IMG/VR virus record: IMGVR_UViG_3300002054_000009
Reading direction: 5' to 3' (one strand)
Origin: a virus
Length of the DNA stretch: 64,000 bases
Part shown: positions 28,274 through 37,223 of the stretch, in pieces
Layout of the letters: each line of letters opens with the position of its first letter
Numbering within the stretch: position 1 is the first letter of the stretch
Program-made: the position numbers and the translations under genes
Notes under the pieces: model-generated
Told to the model about the DNA's origin: nothing
The model's database searches: none
Seen by the model: the letters and a program-made list of their open reading frames with translations, nothing else

Positions 28274-28540
28274 TTAAACTTTCTGTAATCGTCTAATAGC
28301 ATCATATATTGGATCTTTTACAACCTTCTGATTAAATCGTTTGGTACTAATAAAATTCTCAATTATATATTCTTCTGCTGCCTCGCGACTTTTAAACTGC
28401 ATACACCCATTAAACCATATGCGAAATTTGCAACCTATTATATCATGATGAAGATAATAAATTGTGCCCTCTGGGTCGTCATCACGTATTCTATCACAAG
28501 TTATTATAAATTTATCGTCCACGTTAACTATAACCACCAA
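28274..28540 (-). CDS. RLK-tail family A
   Basis: CMQFKSREAA; tail DAIRRLQKV. Confidence 0.65.
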   Translation of the reverse strand: MVVIVNVDDKFIITCDRIRDDDPEGTIYYLHHDIIGCKFRIWFNGCMQFKSREAAEEYIIENFISTKRFNQKVVKDPIYDAIRRLQKV

Positions 28541-28583
28541 GAAATGGCACGAAAATAGTATATTTTAAATTTTCTTCTTTTTG

Positions 28584-28919
28584 TTATACGATACTCTTGA
28601 GTCTTTCTAGACCAATAACTTTTGACATATATTCTCTATTGACTTGGCGAACAACTATACCATCCTCATACAAAGATAACACATTTTCTGGATCATGAGA
28701 TACTTTATACCTGATCATTCCCCGAGCATCTGCCGACCTCCTCACATATTCCATTGCATGTAAAGCATCTGCTATATTGAAATACAATATAGCACTAAAG
28801 ACATCATAGGTAAAATAATCATAATCAACAAACCTGTTTTGAAAATGCATATCACTATAGGCTATTTTTACCGTATATATTTTTTCAATATTGCCGAATG
28901 GTATATTACGTTTCAACAC
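28584..28919 (-). CDS. RLK-tail family A
   Basis: AILYFNIADA; tail IGLERLKSIV. Confidence 0.7.
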   Translation of the reverse strand: MLKRNIPFGNIEKIYTVKIAYSDMHFQNRFVDYDYFTYDVFSAILYFNIADALHAMEYVRRSADARGMIRYKVSHDPENVLSLYEDGIVVRQVNREYMSKVIGLERLKSIV

Positions 28920-29293
28920 CGACTAATATCCTGCATTCGGAAAATAGTTTCCGGTAATGATATTTGATTTACATAGAAACCATCTCGAATACATAAACAA
29001 TTTACATCAATTACTTTTGGTTTTTCAAGATTGAAACTACATAACATTTTACCTTTATGATATTTGATGGCAGTATTTACAATTGTTTCGAGAAATTCAT
29101 ATGCAGTTGACCAACCCATAAAACTGTAAGTAATCTCGTCTGAAAGATTTAATATTCTTATTCTATTATTACTAGAATAAACAGCACTACTAATCGAAAA
29201 ATCAGTATATTTCACACTAATGGCGTAGGCACTATCCAACTTTTTATAAAATAGTCTATCATAATTCTGTAAAATTACATTATTATAATCCAT
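28913..29293 (-). CDS. RLK-tail family A (divergent)
   Basis: Tail TIFRMQDI. Confidence 0.6.
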   Translation of the reverse strand: MDYNNVILQNYDRLFYKKLDSAYAISVKYTDFSISSAVYSSNNRIRILNLSDEITYSFMGWSTAYEFLETIVNTAIKYHKGKMLCSFNLEKPKVIDVNCLCIRDGFYVNQISLPETIFRMQDISRC

Positions 29294-29311
29294 TTCTTGA
29301 TAACTCTCTCT

Positions 29312-29625
29312 TTGACATCCACCCCACGTCTAAAAGACGGGGGATTCCTCCAGCGAGACGGCCATGCCCGACCGCGAAATATATTTGTTCGTCCGCATCA
29401 CTGGCAAATACATTCTTATTCAAGTTATGCCAAATGGCACGAACATAACTCGGTTATATTGCTTTATTGCTTTATTGCTTTATTGCTTTATTGTTACAAC
29501 CCGATGGCCTAATAACCGGATACGTCGAGTTGATGGAAAGATGTTACTTGATTTGATTGAATATGTCAAGCACTTTCGTGCCTTATATCCCCATATCTGA
29601 AGAAAGGGGATTTACAGCACATTTG
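29312..29625 (-). mobile_element. non-autonomous IS200/IS605-family element (no tnpA/tnpB) with internal promoter and omegaRNA-like right end
   Basis: Left-end hairpin CCCC..GGGG preceded by AAAT; inserted 3' of TTAA with no target duplication; right-end hairpin preceded by GAAT and ending GTCAA; TTGACA-17-TAACAT at 29569-29541. Confidence 0.8.
29458..29495. repeat. 8-bp tandem repeat TTTATTGC (about 4.5 copies) inside the IS605 derivative
   Basis: Read directly. Confidence 0.85.
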
Positions 29626-29707
29626 TTAATCTATCAATTTTTATATCCGCCCTCAAATAAGCTTCGAAAATATTCGAAGCTATTAAAATATCTACAGATT
29701 CTTCAGT
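29626..29707 (-). pseudogene. 3' fragment of a recent duplicate of gene 29991-30332, split by the IS605 element
   Basis: About 7 differences in 82 bp versus 30008-30089; TEESVDILIASNIFEAYLRADIKIDRL. Confidence 0.8.
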
Positions 29708-29715
29708 TTTGGTTG

Positions 29716-29994
29716 TCACGAGATTTCTTCTCCGCTTCTTCGAATTTCCTTAGTTCTCCGAAGTTCTATTAAATTCATAAAATCACATTTAATAATTTCA
29801 CAATCACGAAACATCATCATATATAAATATGAAGCACTACTCAGCAGTTCCAAGTGATCTTCGGCCTTCTTTACTGATGTAAAAAACAAAGCTTTCTTGA
29901 TATCCACTACAAACATATTTTGAATGTCAGTCGATGAATCAAAGGCAATGTAAGAATTAATTGAACTGTCATATATTGCATATACATTTTTCAT
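29716..29994 (-). CDS. RLK-tail family A
   Basis: ALFFTSVKKA; tail IELRRTKEI. Confidence 0.7.
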   Translation of the reverse strand: MKNVYAIYDSSINSYIAFDSSTDIQNMFVVDIKKALFFTSVKKAEDHLELLSSASYLYMMMFRDCEIIKCDFMNLIELRRTKEIRRSGEEIS

Positions 29995-30332
29995 CGAATA
30001 ACTCTTTTTAATCTATCGAGTTTTATATCTGCCTTCAAATAATCTTCAAAAATATTCGAAGCTATTAAAATATCTGCAGATTCTTCAGTAATACATTCAG
30101 GATATCCATCAAAAAAATATTTAAATTTCTTTCTTTTTGGCATCCTAGCTTCTAATATATAATCAATAGACCAAATAGCATTTTGTTTAGAAGAAAATGT
30201 GTAACAATCAAGAATGTCATCAGTAAACATTATTAATTCTTTACCCTCATCGAAATTTTTATAATATGCTGGTCTATTGGTAAGTATGAGCGTATACAAT
30301 TCGGTCGAAGATTTTGACATTCTAGTTTTCAC
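29991..30332 (-). CDS. RLK-tail family A
   Basis: CYTFSSKQNA; tail IKLDRLKRVIR. Confidence 0.7.
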   Translation of the reverse strand: MKTRMSKSSTELYTLILTNRPAYYKNFDEGKELIMFTDDILDCYTFSSKQNAIWSIDYILEARMPKRKKFKYFFDGYPECITEESADILIASNIFEDYLKADIKLDRLKRVIR

Positions 30333-30399
30333 TTAATTTTTCATAGCCATATCTTACCATGATTGGAATACTATTAATATGAAATAGGTCAGTTAATAT

Positions 30400-30690
30400 C
30401 TAATCTAAATCATCCATACCGAAGAGCGGTAGCCGCTTAATTTGTTGCAGCCTATCGAGAATACTTTTAAAGGGTGATTTTTCAATTTTATAAGAATATA
30501 CACCATGTTCAAATACTATATCACAGAAAGTATTCGCTTCTTCAAGTGTATTAAATGTAATACAACCAAGTTCTACTGATTTGAAATCATAAAGGCTGTT
30601 AATGATATTATTTTCTTCATGAAGAAATATTGTTTTCATGTTTGGATTAGAAGAGGGTTTATTGAGTATGATTACATATTCTATTTTCAT
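30400..30690 (-). CDS. RLK-tail family A
   Basis: CITFNTLEEA; tail ILDRLQQI. Confidence 0.7.
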   Translation of the reverse strand: MKIEYVIILNKPSSNPNMKTIFLHEENNIINSLYDFKSVELGCITFNTLEEANTFCDIVFEHGVYSYKIEKSPFKSILDRLQQIKRLPLFGMDDLD

Positions 30691-30726
30691 TGTGGTGTTT
30701 TTCTAATTTTCTGCAATCTGGGTACA

Positions 30727-31002
30727 TTAATTAATGTTTTTTCGTAATACTTCACACATCCTATCAACATTAATAATTTTAGACAAGTGAATTATTTCGA
30801 ACATCCCATCAGCAAAACCATACATTTTACTTGCTCTGTGAACTGCCTGATTAGCATTATCCATAGTTTTCCAAGCAGTTGCATTGTTTATAATTCCAGT
30901 GAGATTCATACTGGAATCATCACCACCACATAGATAGACGTTTGGTAATATAATTCCATCCTTACCATCGGGGTAAACTGTTAATTTAACAATATACATC
31001 AA
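30727..31002 (-). CDS. RLK-tail family A
   Basis: ATAWKTMDNA; tail INVDRMCEV. Confidence 0.7.
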   Translation of the reverse strand: MMYIVKLTVYPDGKDGIILPNVYLCGGDDSSMNLTGIINNATAWKTMDNANQAVHRASKMYGFADGMFEIIHLSKIINVDRMCEVLRKNIN

Positions 31003-31266
31003 TATTGCCTAGTGACAGTCTTCATCCTTAAAATTTCAAGACTACCAAACAAATCATATTCAACAATTCGTAAGTCCTTAACAATTCTTACGTGATGGAG
31101 ACTGTTTATGGCATTTTCAGCACTTTCCATACTAGTAAAAAGTTGCGCATGATGTATATGTCTGGTGAACAAACTATTAGGATTGTTGGGGCTAGCAAAA
31201 TATGTCCGAAAGTCCGTATTTAAAACATACATATCCCGCACAAACTCACGAATAATATAATTCATA
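30999..31266 (-). CDS. RLK-tail family A
   Basis: Probable start MNYIIR; AQLFTSMESA; tail LEILRMKTV. Confidence 0.7.
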
Positions 31267-31548
31267 ATCTTTGACATCCACCCCACGTCTAAAAGACGGG
31301 GGATTTGCGACACATTCACTAATTAATTCAGAAGCATGGATTATTAGTATATTACTATTATCCATATTATGATATTCAACCATTAAATCATCTACAACTT
31401 TACTGACTTCGTAGTATGTATACCAGAGTTTCGCAAGGTTACAATTATCAAATAATTTCATTTCGCCTGAAATTTCCCCAACATACTTGGTTGAGTTTGG
31501 TACAGACCAAATGGATGGTTGCCAATCTTTTATTTCAATAATATACAC
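31246..31548 (-). CDS. RLK-tail family A member whose tail is replaced by the mini element
   Basis: AKLWYTYYEV core; C-terminus reads through element sequence (NPPSFRRGVDVK). Confidence 0.65.
   Translation of the reverse strand: MYIIEIKDWQPSIWSVPNSTKYVGEISGEMKLFDNCNLAKLWYTYYEVSKVVDDLMVEYHNMDNSNILIIHASELISECVANPPSFRRGVDVKDYELYYS
31271..31318 (-). mobile_element. 48-bp minimal IS605-derived palindromic element
   Basis: 31271-31305 identical to 29312-29346, joined to a left-end-like TGAATGTGTCGCAAAT. Confidence 0.75.
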
Positions 31549-31549
31549 A

Positions 31550-31831
31550 TTAACACCGCTTAATTTCTAACAATCTATCAAGTTTGCACAAACCCCAAAT
31601 ATCAATTCTAATCACCTCAGCTGCTACAATATCAAGTCGAATATGACACAGCTTCTCTAGTTCATCATTAGCCTCTTCTTTACGTTTCCATACCATCGCA
31701 TCTTCTAGGCCATTACAAAACCTATTGTGGCCGATTGTGGTGATATTATTATAGTCAAGTATATAGGTATTCTCCAAAGATGAAACAGCAAATCCCGGTG
31801 GCCTACACTTAGTAATTTTAATAGTGTACAT
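31550..31831 (-). CDS. RLK-tail family A
   Basis: AMVWKRKEEA; tail CKLDRLLEI. Confidence 0.7.
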   Translation of the reverse strand: MYTIKITKCRPPGFAVSSLENTYILDYNNITTIGHNRFCNGLEDAMVWKRKEEANDELEKLCHIRLDIVAAEVIRIDIWGLCKLDRLLEIKRC

Positions 31832-31836
31832 AATTA

Positions 31837-31920
31837 ATCAGTATAGCATTTTTAGTCGTGATAAGTTTATACCATACCTCATTACATCCATTATAGAAAT
31901 TAATAATAGATAACTAGTTC
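31837..31920 (-). pseudogene. orphan RLK tail remnant
   Basis: ...MDVMRYGINLSRLKMLY* with no intact 5' part. Confidence 0.55.
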
Positions 31921-31950
31921 ACATTTTATTCGGAAAAAATTTTCTCTGGA

Positions 31951-32220
31951 TCAAATTTCGGATTTACAATTACTCAATATTGATTTCATTTGTTTCAACC
32001 CAATTAAATCTTTAAGAATATCTTCCATATCGATTATTTCAGAAGAGCTGGCAGCGCCATTCCAATCATTTACGGTCCCGATTGCAGATTCAACTTCATC
32101 TCTAGTATTCCACACTCTAGCATCTGATGCATCTACTGTAGTGTCAATCCGCACAAGAGAAACCCACTTGATGAAATAAGTTTTATCATCAAAAACAACA
32201 GTAATTCCATAAAATTTCAT
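31951..32220 (-). CDS. RLK-tail family A
   Basis: ARVWNTRDEV; tail IGLKQMKSI. Confidence 0.7.
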   Translation of the reverse strand: MKFYGITVVFDDKTYFIKWVSLVRIDTTVDASDARVWNTRDEVESAIGTVNDWNGAASSSEIIDMEDILKDLIGLKQMKSILSNCKSEI

Positions 32221-32227
32221 AGTTTTA

Positions 32228-32509
32228 TTATATCCTAATAATATTTTTCAATCGAGTTAAACCTAAATCATATTTGCCAATTTCATCTAGATTAACAATC
32301 TCAACTTTCCTTAATCCTTTAATTCCAAGCAACCACTCTGTTAATAATTTCATATCCTCATTAGCATCATCCTCTGTTATCCATATCCGAGCTGCCCATG
32401 CATATGAAGTCATATCACAATATGTCTGATTAATTATAGGCAATACATTGATGTTACTTGCATAATAACAACTATCATTAATGATTATTCGAATTCCATA
32501 ATATATCAT
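32228..32509 (-). CDS. RLK-tail family A
   Basis: ARIWITEDDA; tail LGLTRLKNI. Confidence 0.7.
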   Translation of the reverse strand: MIYYGIRIIINDSCYYASNINVLPIINQTYCDMTSYAWAARIWITEDDANEDMKLLTEWLLGIKGLRKVEIVNLDEIGKYDLGLTRLKNIIRI

Positions 32510-32781
32510 TTTATACTCACAGATTTCATTCTATCTATACCCAATTCTCCTCGAATTTTAGTACATTCAACAATAGAAGAATTTACCAACTCTTGAGTAA
32601 ATGCAGTCATATGAATAAACTCTACTTTTATTTGAGTAAGCACTGCAGTTGCAGCTTCTCTGCTTGTGAATATAAATGCTTTGTGTGGATTGGGAGATGC
32701 AAATATATAATCTTTGTCATATGGATTATTACTCGCAATAAAAATATTATATTGCTCGTTAAAAATAATATATACCTTCAT
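32506..32781 (-). CDS. RLK-tail family A
   Basis: AFIFTSREAA; tail LGIDRMKSV. Confidence 0.7.
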   Translation of the reverse strand: MKVYIIFNEQYNIFIASNNPYDKDYIFASPNPHKAFIFTSREAATAVLTQIKVEFIHMTAFTQELVNSSIVECTKIRGELGIDRMKSVSIK

Positions 32782-33068
32782 GTCAAATTCTTCATTCGAT
32801 TGATGTTAATTTGATCTCTAATTATTTCTTCTGCATCAATGACATGTATTGATAATCGCATACTCTGTATTTTATTACAAAGCGCCAATATTTTTTTTAC
32901 TAATTCTTCGTCATAAAATATCACTGCGTTTGCGATATTTTGGCCAAATGTTGGCCAATCATCAACATCAACATTAACAACGTAATCAAAATTTTCGATA
33001 GTTCGTGTGTTGAGATCCACAGTACGCATTTCAATAGCCATATATTTAAGATTATATAATTTTCCCAT
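32778..33068 (-). CDS. RLK-tail family A
   Basis: AVIFYDEE; tail ININRMKNL. Confidence 0.7.
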   Translation of the reverse strand: MGKLYNLKYMAIEMRTVDLNTRTIENFDYVVNVDVDDWPTFGQNIANAVIFYDEELVKKILALCNKIQSMRLSIHVIDAEEIIRDQININRMKNLT

Positions 33069-33102
33069 GAGATGCCATCTTATTTTAATTCATCTGGATT
33101 AT

Positions 33103-33321
33103 TTAATCACCACCTTCTATCGCTGCCATCATATCTTCATGTTCCAAAATAGTAACATCAAGCATTTTGGCCATTCGCCTATACATTCGTAACACGCTGG
33201 GCGTCTGGTCAGAGTCATTACAACTCGAATCAAATATATCTCGCAAATCTGCGATTTCTTGTATAGAAGCATTGGCAATAGTTTCGATGATTATTAATGT
33301 TTCATCCGGATCAATTTTCAT
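33103..33321 (-). CDS. hypothetical helical protein (no RLK tail)
   Basis: 72 aa. Confidence 0.55.
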   Translation of the reverse strand: MKIDPDETLIIIETIANASIQEIADLRDIFDSSCNDSDQTPSVLRMYRRMAKMLDVTILEHEDMMAAIEGGD

Positions 33322-33326
33322 TATAT

Positions 33327-33542
33327 TTACCTACGTGGATTTCCTGTTAGTGCATCTAATAGTTGAATCATATGTTGGAGTTCGGATCTTTCCACTTCCA
33401 ATAAACGACACGTCGAAATAATGTCACCAAGCTCTACTCTAACATTATGTATACGACCAGTGGTTTGATCTGATTCACATTTATCATCAAATGCGTTTTC
33501 TTTGTCTAGTTGTTCTGCTGCCCACTTTCGACCATCACCCAT
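33327..33542 (-). CDS. hypothetical helical protein (no RLK tail)
   Basis: GGAGAG RBS, 71 aa. Confidence 0.55.
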   Translation of the reverse strand: MGDGRKWAAEQLDKENAFDDKCESDQTTGRIHNVRVELGDIISTCRLLEVERSELQHMIQLLDALTGNPRR

Positions 33543-33620
33543 TTCATCTCTCCTAATTGTTTTTAGAACATGGATTATACCTATATCCTATCACATCCTA
33601 ATATCATTTAGCCAACATAA

Positions 33621-33890
33621 TCAAATTCTCTGTATTGCCAACATTTGGTCAATTTTACATTCATCACGTAAGAAATCACTTAGATTTGTGGTAGTATATT
33701 GCATAACATGCTGTGATTTATTTAACTCATCTACGAATTCATCAATATCATCCTTATTATTCCAAATTTCTGCGGCTGTTATATTAGCAGAATGTCCACA
33801 TACTATATTCGTGTTATTTTTGTGTGATGTTATATAACTTACACGGCATAGAAATATGTCAGTACACTTAACCACATACATATTAACCAT
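33621..33890 (-). CDS. RLK-tail family A
   Basis: AAEIWNNKDDI; tail CKIDQMLAI. Confidence 0.65.
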   Translation of the reverse strand: MVNMYVVKCTDIFLCRVSYITSHKNNTNIVCGHSANITAAEIWNNKDDIDEFVDELNKSQHVMQYTTTNLSDFLRDECKIDQMLAIQRI

Positions 33891-34069
33891 CTTCGTATTT
33901 CCTTTTTAATTTTTCCAAGAGAGCCAATTCAATTTCCCGTTTATCTCTTGATTGGCGGCACTTCGAAAAGATCAACGCTTATAATCTCCCCCTCTGAATT
34001 ACACACTTCATCATTTCATGTCCTCATCAATATTTTAATATAACACAAACTAAAATATGTATTTGTGAA

Positions 34070-34258
34070 CTAATACTGCTTCAATCGCAATATAATAAGA
34101 TAAAGTTCATCCAACTCATCATTCATCTCTGCCAATATTGTCTTGGCTTCCAAAAACTTTTTTATATGGCGTCTAGAAAGCTTTCCTGTGTTTTGTCTGG
34201 CATTGTAGTACGCAACAACACCCTTCATTCTATCCATATTAGCGGGTGTGTATTTCAT
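34070..34258 (-). CDS. helical protein with RLK tail
   Basis: Tail LIILRLKQY. Confidence 0.6.
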   Translation of the reverse strand: MKYTPANMDRMKGVVAYYNARQNTGKLSRRHIKKFLEAKTILAEMNDELDELYLIILRLKQY

Positions 34259-34524
34259 AAAAGTCTATTTACTAACTTCATTCTATTCAATTTAATACAT
34301 TCAGTTCGTATAATATGAGTGGCGTCAATAATTTCTAATGCTTCTTTTACTGCTGTAGATCGAATACGTGAAATAATTTTATAAACATCTACCATACTAA
34401 AAAATAGAGATGCCTCATTTATACGGTCAGTTGCTAATAATGCACCTCCAGGATTTTCATACATGTAAAGTGGGATATTGCTGCCGCGCAAAAATTTATC
34501 TACTCTAATAACATACATAATCAA
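34255..34524 (-). CDS. RLK-tail family A
   Basis: EASLFFSMVDV; tail IKLNRMKLV. Confidence 0.7.
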   Translation of the reverse strand: MIMYVIRVDKFLRGSNIPLYMYENPGGALLATDRINEASLFFSMVDVYKIISRIRSTAVKEALEIIDATHIIRTECIKLNRMKLVNRLL

Positions 34525-34766
34525 GATTTATCTATTGCCCTTAGTCTGTCAATATTAACAAATTCTCGAAGATGATTTTTAATATTAGTTACAACACCAT
34601 AACAGTTCCATTCGTATTTGAATGTGTTGAGTGTATCGTATGCTTCGTCAAATGTCTCCCACAATCTGGCTTCACGAAGTCTGGGTGTCATGAATATTTC
34701 CTCTTCATTCCAATGAGTAACATAACGTATATTATTGATGCCGATTTCTATTATATACATAATCAA
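34521..34766 (-). CDS. RLK-tail family A
   Basis: ARLWETFDEA; tail VNIDRLRAI. Confidence 0.7.
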   Translation of the reverse strand: MIMYIIEIGINNIRYVTHWNEEEIFMTPRLREARLWETFDEAYDTLNTFKYEWNCYGVVTNIKNHLREFVNIDRLRAIDKS

Positions 34767-35020
34767 ATCCTTTTTACAGATGCCATTCGTTTAAGCCCCA
34801 ATTGATCCCTAACATATGAATCCTCAACCAAATCCACCCTATATTTCTTGGGGGATTTATCATAGATTAGTGTAAATTTTGAAAGCCATAACTGTGCATC
34901 CTCTTTCTTATACCACATATACGCATTACGCAAAAGGTAGGTGGCCTCAATAGGCTCCAGCTCTCTAATATAATGCCCATGATTTTTATCTTCCTTAACG
35001 ATATACATAATTTTTATCAA
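34763..35020 (-). CDS. RLK-tail family A
   Basis: AYMWYKKEDA; tail LGLKRMASV. Confidence 0.7.
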   Translation of the reverse strand: MIKIMYIVKEDKNHGHYIRELEPIEATYLLRNAYMWYKKEDAQLWLSKFTLIYDKSPKKYRVDLVEDSYVRDQLGLKRMASVKRI

Positions 35021-35128
35021 TCACTTGTTTAGGATACAGGATAGTTTATCATATTAATGTATAGTCGTTCACTAATAATGATTTTCAAACTATGATATAG
35101 TCCCTATCCCAAAGAGGACAAAATCTCC

Positions 35129-35425
35129 ATGCCAGAAATATCAATCAAGACCGGCTACTTTTTTGCTATCATCTTCACTCTATTCGGATGGATCACGGCC
35201 ATCAACCTCAGTCTCGTTCCACAATTCATTATATACGCCTCCCTTGCTTGGTTCATCACCACCTCATGGAAAGTCCAACAACTTGAATTAGGAGCAATTC
35301 CTTATTTTATCATCTTTATTGGATATAGTCTTGGAGTATTAGCGGGCAATGCTGCCTACTTTCTCAAGTATGGATATACATCATCAAACACGTTATCTTT
35401 TCTATGGGATCTAATCACACCTTAA
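35129..35425 (+). CDS. small membrane protein (about 3 TM segments)
   Basis: Hydrophobic segments; GAGG RBS. Confidence 0.65.
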   Translation: MPEISIKTGYFFAIIFTLFGWITAINLSLVPQFIIYASLAWFITTSWKVQQLELGAIPYFIIFIGYSLGVLAGNAAYFLKYGYTSSNTLSFLWDLITP

Positions 35426-35471
35426 CTCGTTATTTTGTGTTATAGTCTATTCAAACAAAGGAAAATTAATT

Positions 35472-35771
35472 ATGAAATCATTTATTAAGTTTGCATCAGC
35501 CACCCTTTTAGGTAGTGTCCTGACAGTAGGATTCATCTTCTCCAGTGCTCATGCATTTAGTCTCTGGAATATCGTCACGACAGGTGATTGGGAAACTATC
35601 ATTCCACTTAAACAAAAGATTGATGTTAAGGGAGAGGACTTGCGAATCTATACATGGCCTGCACCATTAAACTCTAGTTATGCGTGTTCCGCAGTCTTTT
35701 CAAATGCAGGCACTAGTACAGTATGTTTCCCCGTTGATCCAAATCATGAATTAGTGAATGTTGAAGATTAA
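35472..35771 (+). CDS. exported small protein
   Basis: Signal peptide ending SAHA; Cys pair. Confidence 0.65.
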   Translation: MKSFIKFASATLLGSVLTVGFIFSSAHAFSLWNIVTTGDWETIIPLKQKIDVKGEDLRIYTWPAPLNSSYACSAVFSNAGTSTVCFPVDPNHELVNVED

Positions 35772-35863
35772 AAAGGTCTGAGAGAATCCAAAATTTTTTT
35801 AGAAATTTTTAGAGATGTCGGGAATAATGGTGGGGTATTGTTTTTAGAGAGTTAGAAGAGTCG

Positions 35864-35912
35864 TTTTAGAAAGAATGATTTTAGAAAGAATGATTTTAGA
35901 AAGAATGATTTT
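35864..35912. repeat. 15-bp tandem repeat TTTTAGAAAGAATGA x3
   Basis: Read directly. Confidence 0.9.
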
Positions 35913-36278
35913 CTTCAGATTGTGACATATCTCCCAGTGGTATCCCATCACAAAACAAAACATTCTTAAATTGTCTACCACATCACACCACGATGGCATC
36001 ACAAAAAATAATTCTAATACCTAGACACCATCACAAAGTTACTACAAACATTTCTCTATAGTGTGAACATCATTCCATATCATGAAGAACTACATCACAT
36101 GTTAGATATCATGTTACTGTGTCACATAAATGAATATCCAATTGTGTGATGGATGCACAATGTGAGGAATGTCTCATATGAACTGTGTCACAAAAAAGAA
36201 AGAACTATGTCTCTCTTTTGATTATTGTGGACTGTAGCACAAAAAGAAGATTCCATTCTTCTTTTGTTGATTTGTGAT

Positions 36279-36557
36279 TCAGTACTCATTCCAGAACATT
36301 GAGTAATCATCTTCCATTATTGGGTGATCCATCACAAAATCACCCATCTCTTCGCGCACATTTTCCATTTCTGAGGCTTCATCCACAATCTCGTTAATTG
36401 CCCCGTGATCTATCTCATCATAATTGTGTCTTGTGTGCTCATCCACATAACGATCAACACACCCATTCACAAAACTCGATTCTGTGAAACCATTCACAAA
36501 ATCAAGGACAATTTCACGAACAGCAATAACAAGAGCATCTTGTGATACAGTAGACAT
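36279..36557 (-). CDS. acidic hypothetical cassette protein
   Basis: Own TATAAT promoter near 36595. Confidence 0.65.
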   Translation of the reverse strand: MSTVSQDALVIAVREIVLDFVNGFTESSFVNGCVDRYVDEHTRHNYDEIDHGAINEIVDEASEMENVREEMGDFVMDHPIMEDDYSMFWNEY

Positions 36558-36940
36558 ATTTGAATTCCTGTTTAGGATGAGAGGATGTGTCCATTATACC
36601 GCGCTGCCCGAGAATATTCGTGCTCCCATCACAAATTTGTTCGCAATCGAAAATTATTTTTTGTGATCGAAGTCCGATGATATATTTGTCCCGTTTTTGT
36701 GATCGCGTTCGCAGAACGTACATCTGGGATAAATGTCTCACCGTGCATAGTAGACATTGAGACATTTCTTCCAATAATGCGTTTTGTGTGGTTCATCACA
36801 AAAACGAGACAAATCTCTCAAGGGACTTGCATCACAAAAAATAATTCTGAAAGCTGTGCTTTTTTGTGCGCTATGCACGGACAGGGCCGATAGCTCGGCC
36901 TATAATGGTCACATCTTCTACGCAATCAGGTACACGCAAC

Positions 36941-37189
36941 ATGGCTAACACTGAATCACTGTTCAAAAATCTTGAAGTTCTCACCATGCGTGAGCGCGGT
37001 GACTATAGAGAGTGGTCACTGGATAGTGACGAGGCCACCGTCATAAAGACGGTAAAAGGCGAATACTTTTATGATAGTCTTTTTCATGTATCGGAAGCCC
37101 TGTTGGGTGATGTCCGTAGGACAGTGCCATATGAATTCTTCAGAAGTGAGGATTGTAGTAAACAAAAGTTTGAGATCTTCACAATGTGA
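36941..37189 (+). CDS. hypothetical cassette protein
   Basis: TATAAT 36901; terminator 37198. Confidence 0.65.
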   Translation: MANTESLFKNLEVLTMRERGDYREWSLDSDEATVIKTVKGEYFYDSLFHVSEALLGDVRRTVPYEFFRSEDCSKQKFEIFTM

Positions 37190-37197
37190 TCTAATTC

Positions 37198-37223
37198 AAA
37201 AAAGGGGCTTCGGCCCCTTTTTT
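37198..37223 (+). terminator. intrinsic terminator GGGGC-TTCG-GCCCC-T7
   Basis: Same hairpin at 41304-41325 and 46131-46155. Confidence 0.9.

Larger units (their letters stand above)
26368..35020 (-). other. tandem array of about 24 intact plus about 4 decayed short paralogs (family A) ending in an RLK tail
   Basis: Shared M.Y.I start, A-x-x-[FW]-x-[ST]-x-x-x-A core and [LI]x[LI][DEN]R[LM]Kx[IV] tail; overlapping start/stop codons. Confidence 0.85.

Noticed and set aside
29297-29772. Plus-strand ORFs 29297-29512, 29364-29600 and 29557-29772
   Set aside because: They read through IS ends and a microsatellite (LLYCFIALL repeats); no TnpA or TnpB motifs.
26368-35020. Diversity-generating retroelement as source of paralog variation
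   Set aside because: No reverse transcriptase and no TR/VR pair differing only at adenines; divergence is spread across whole genes.
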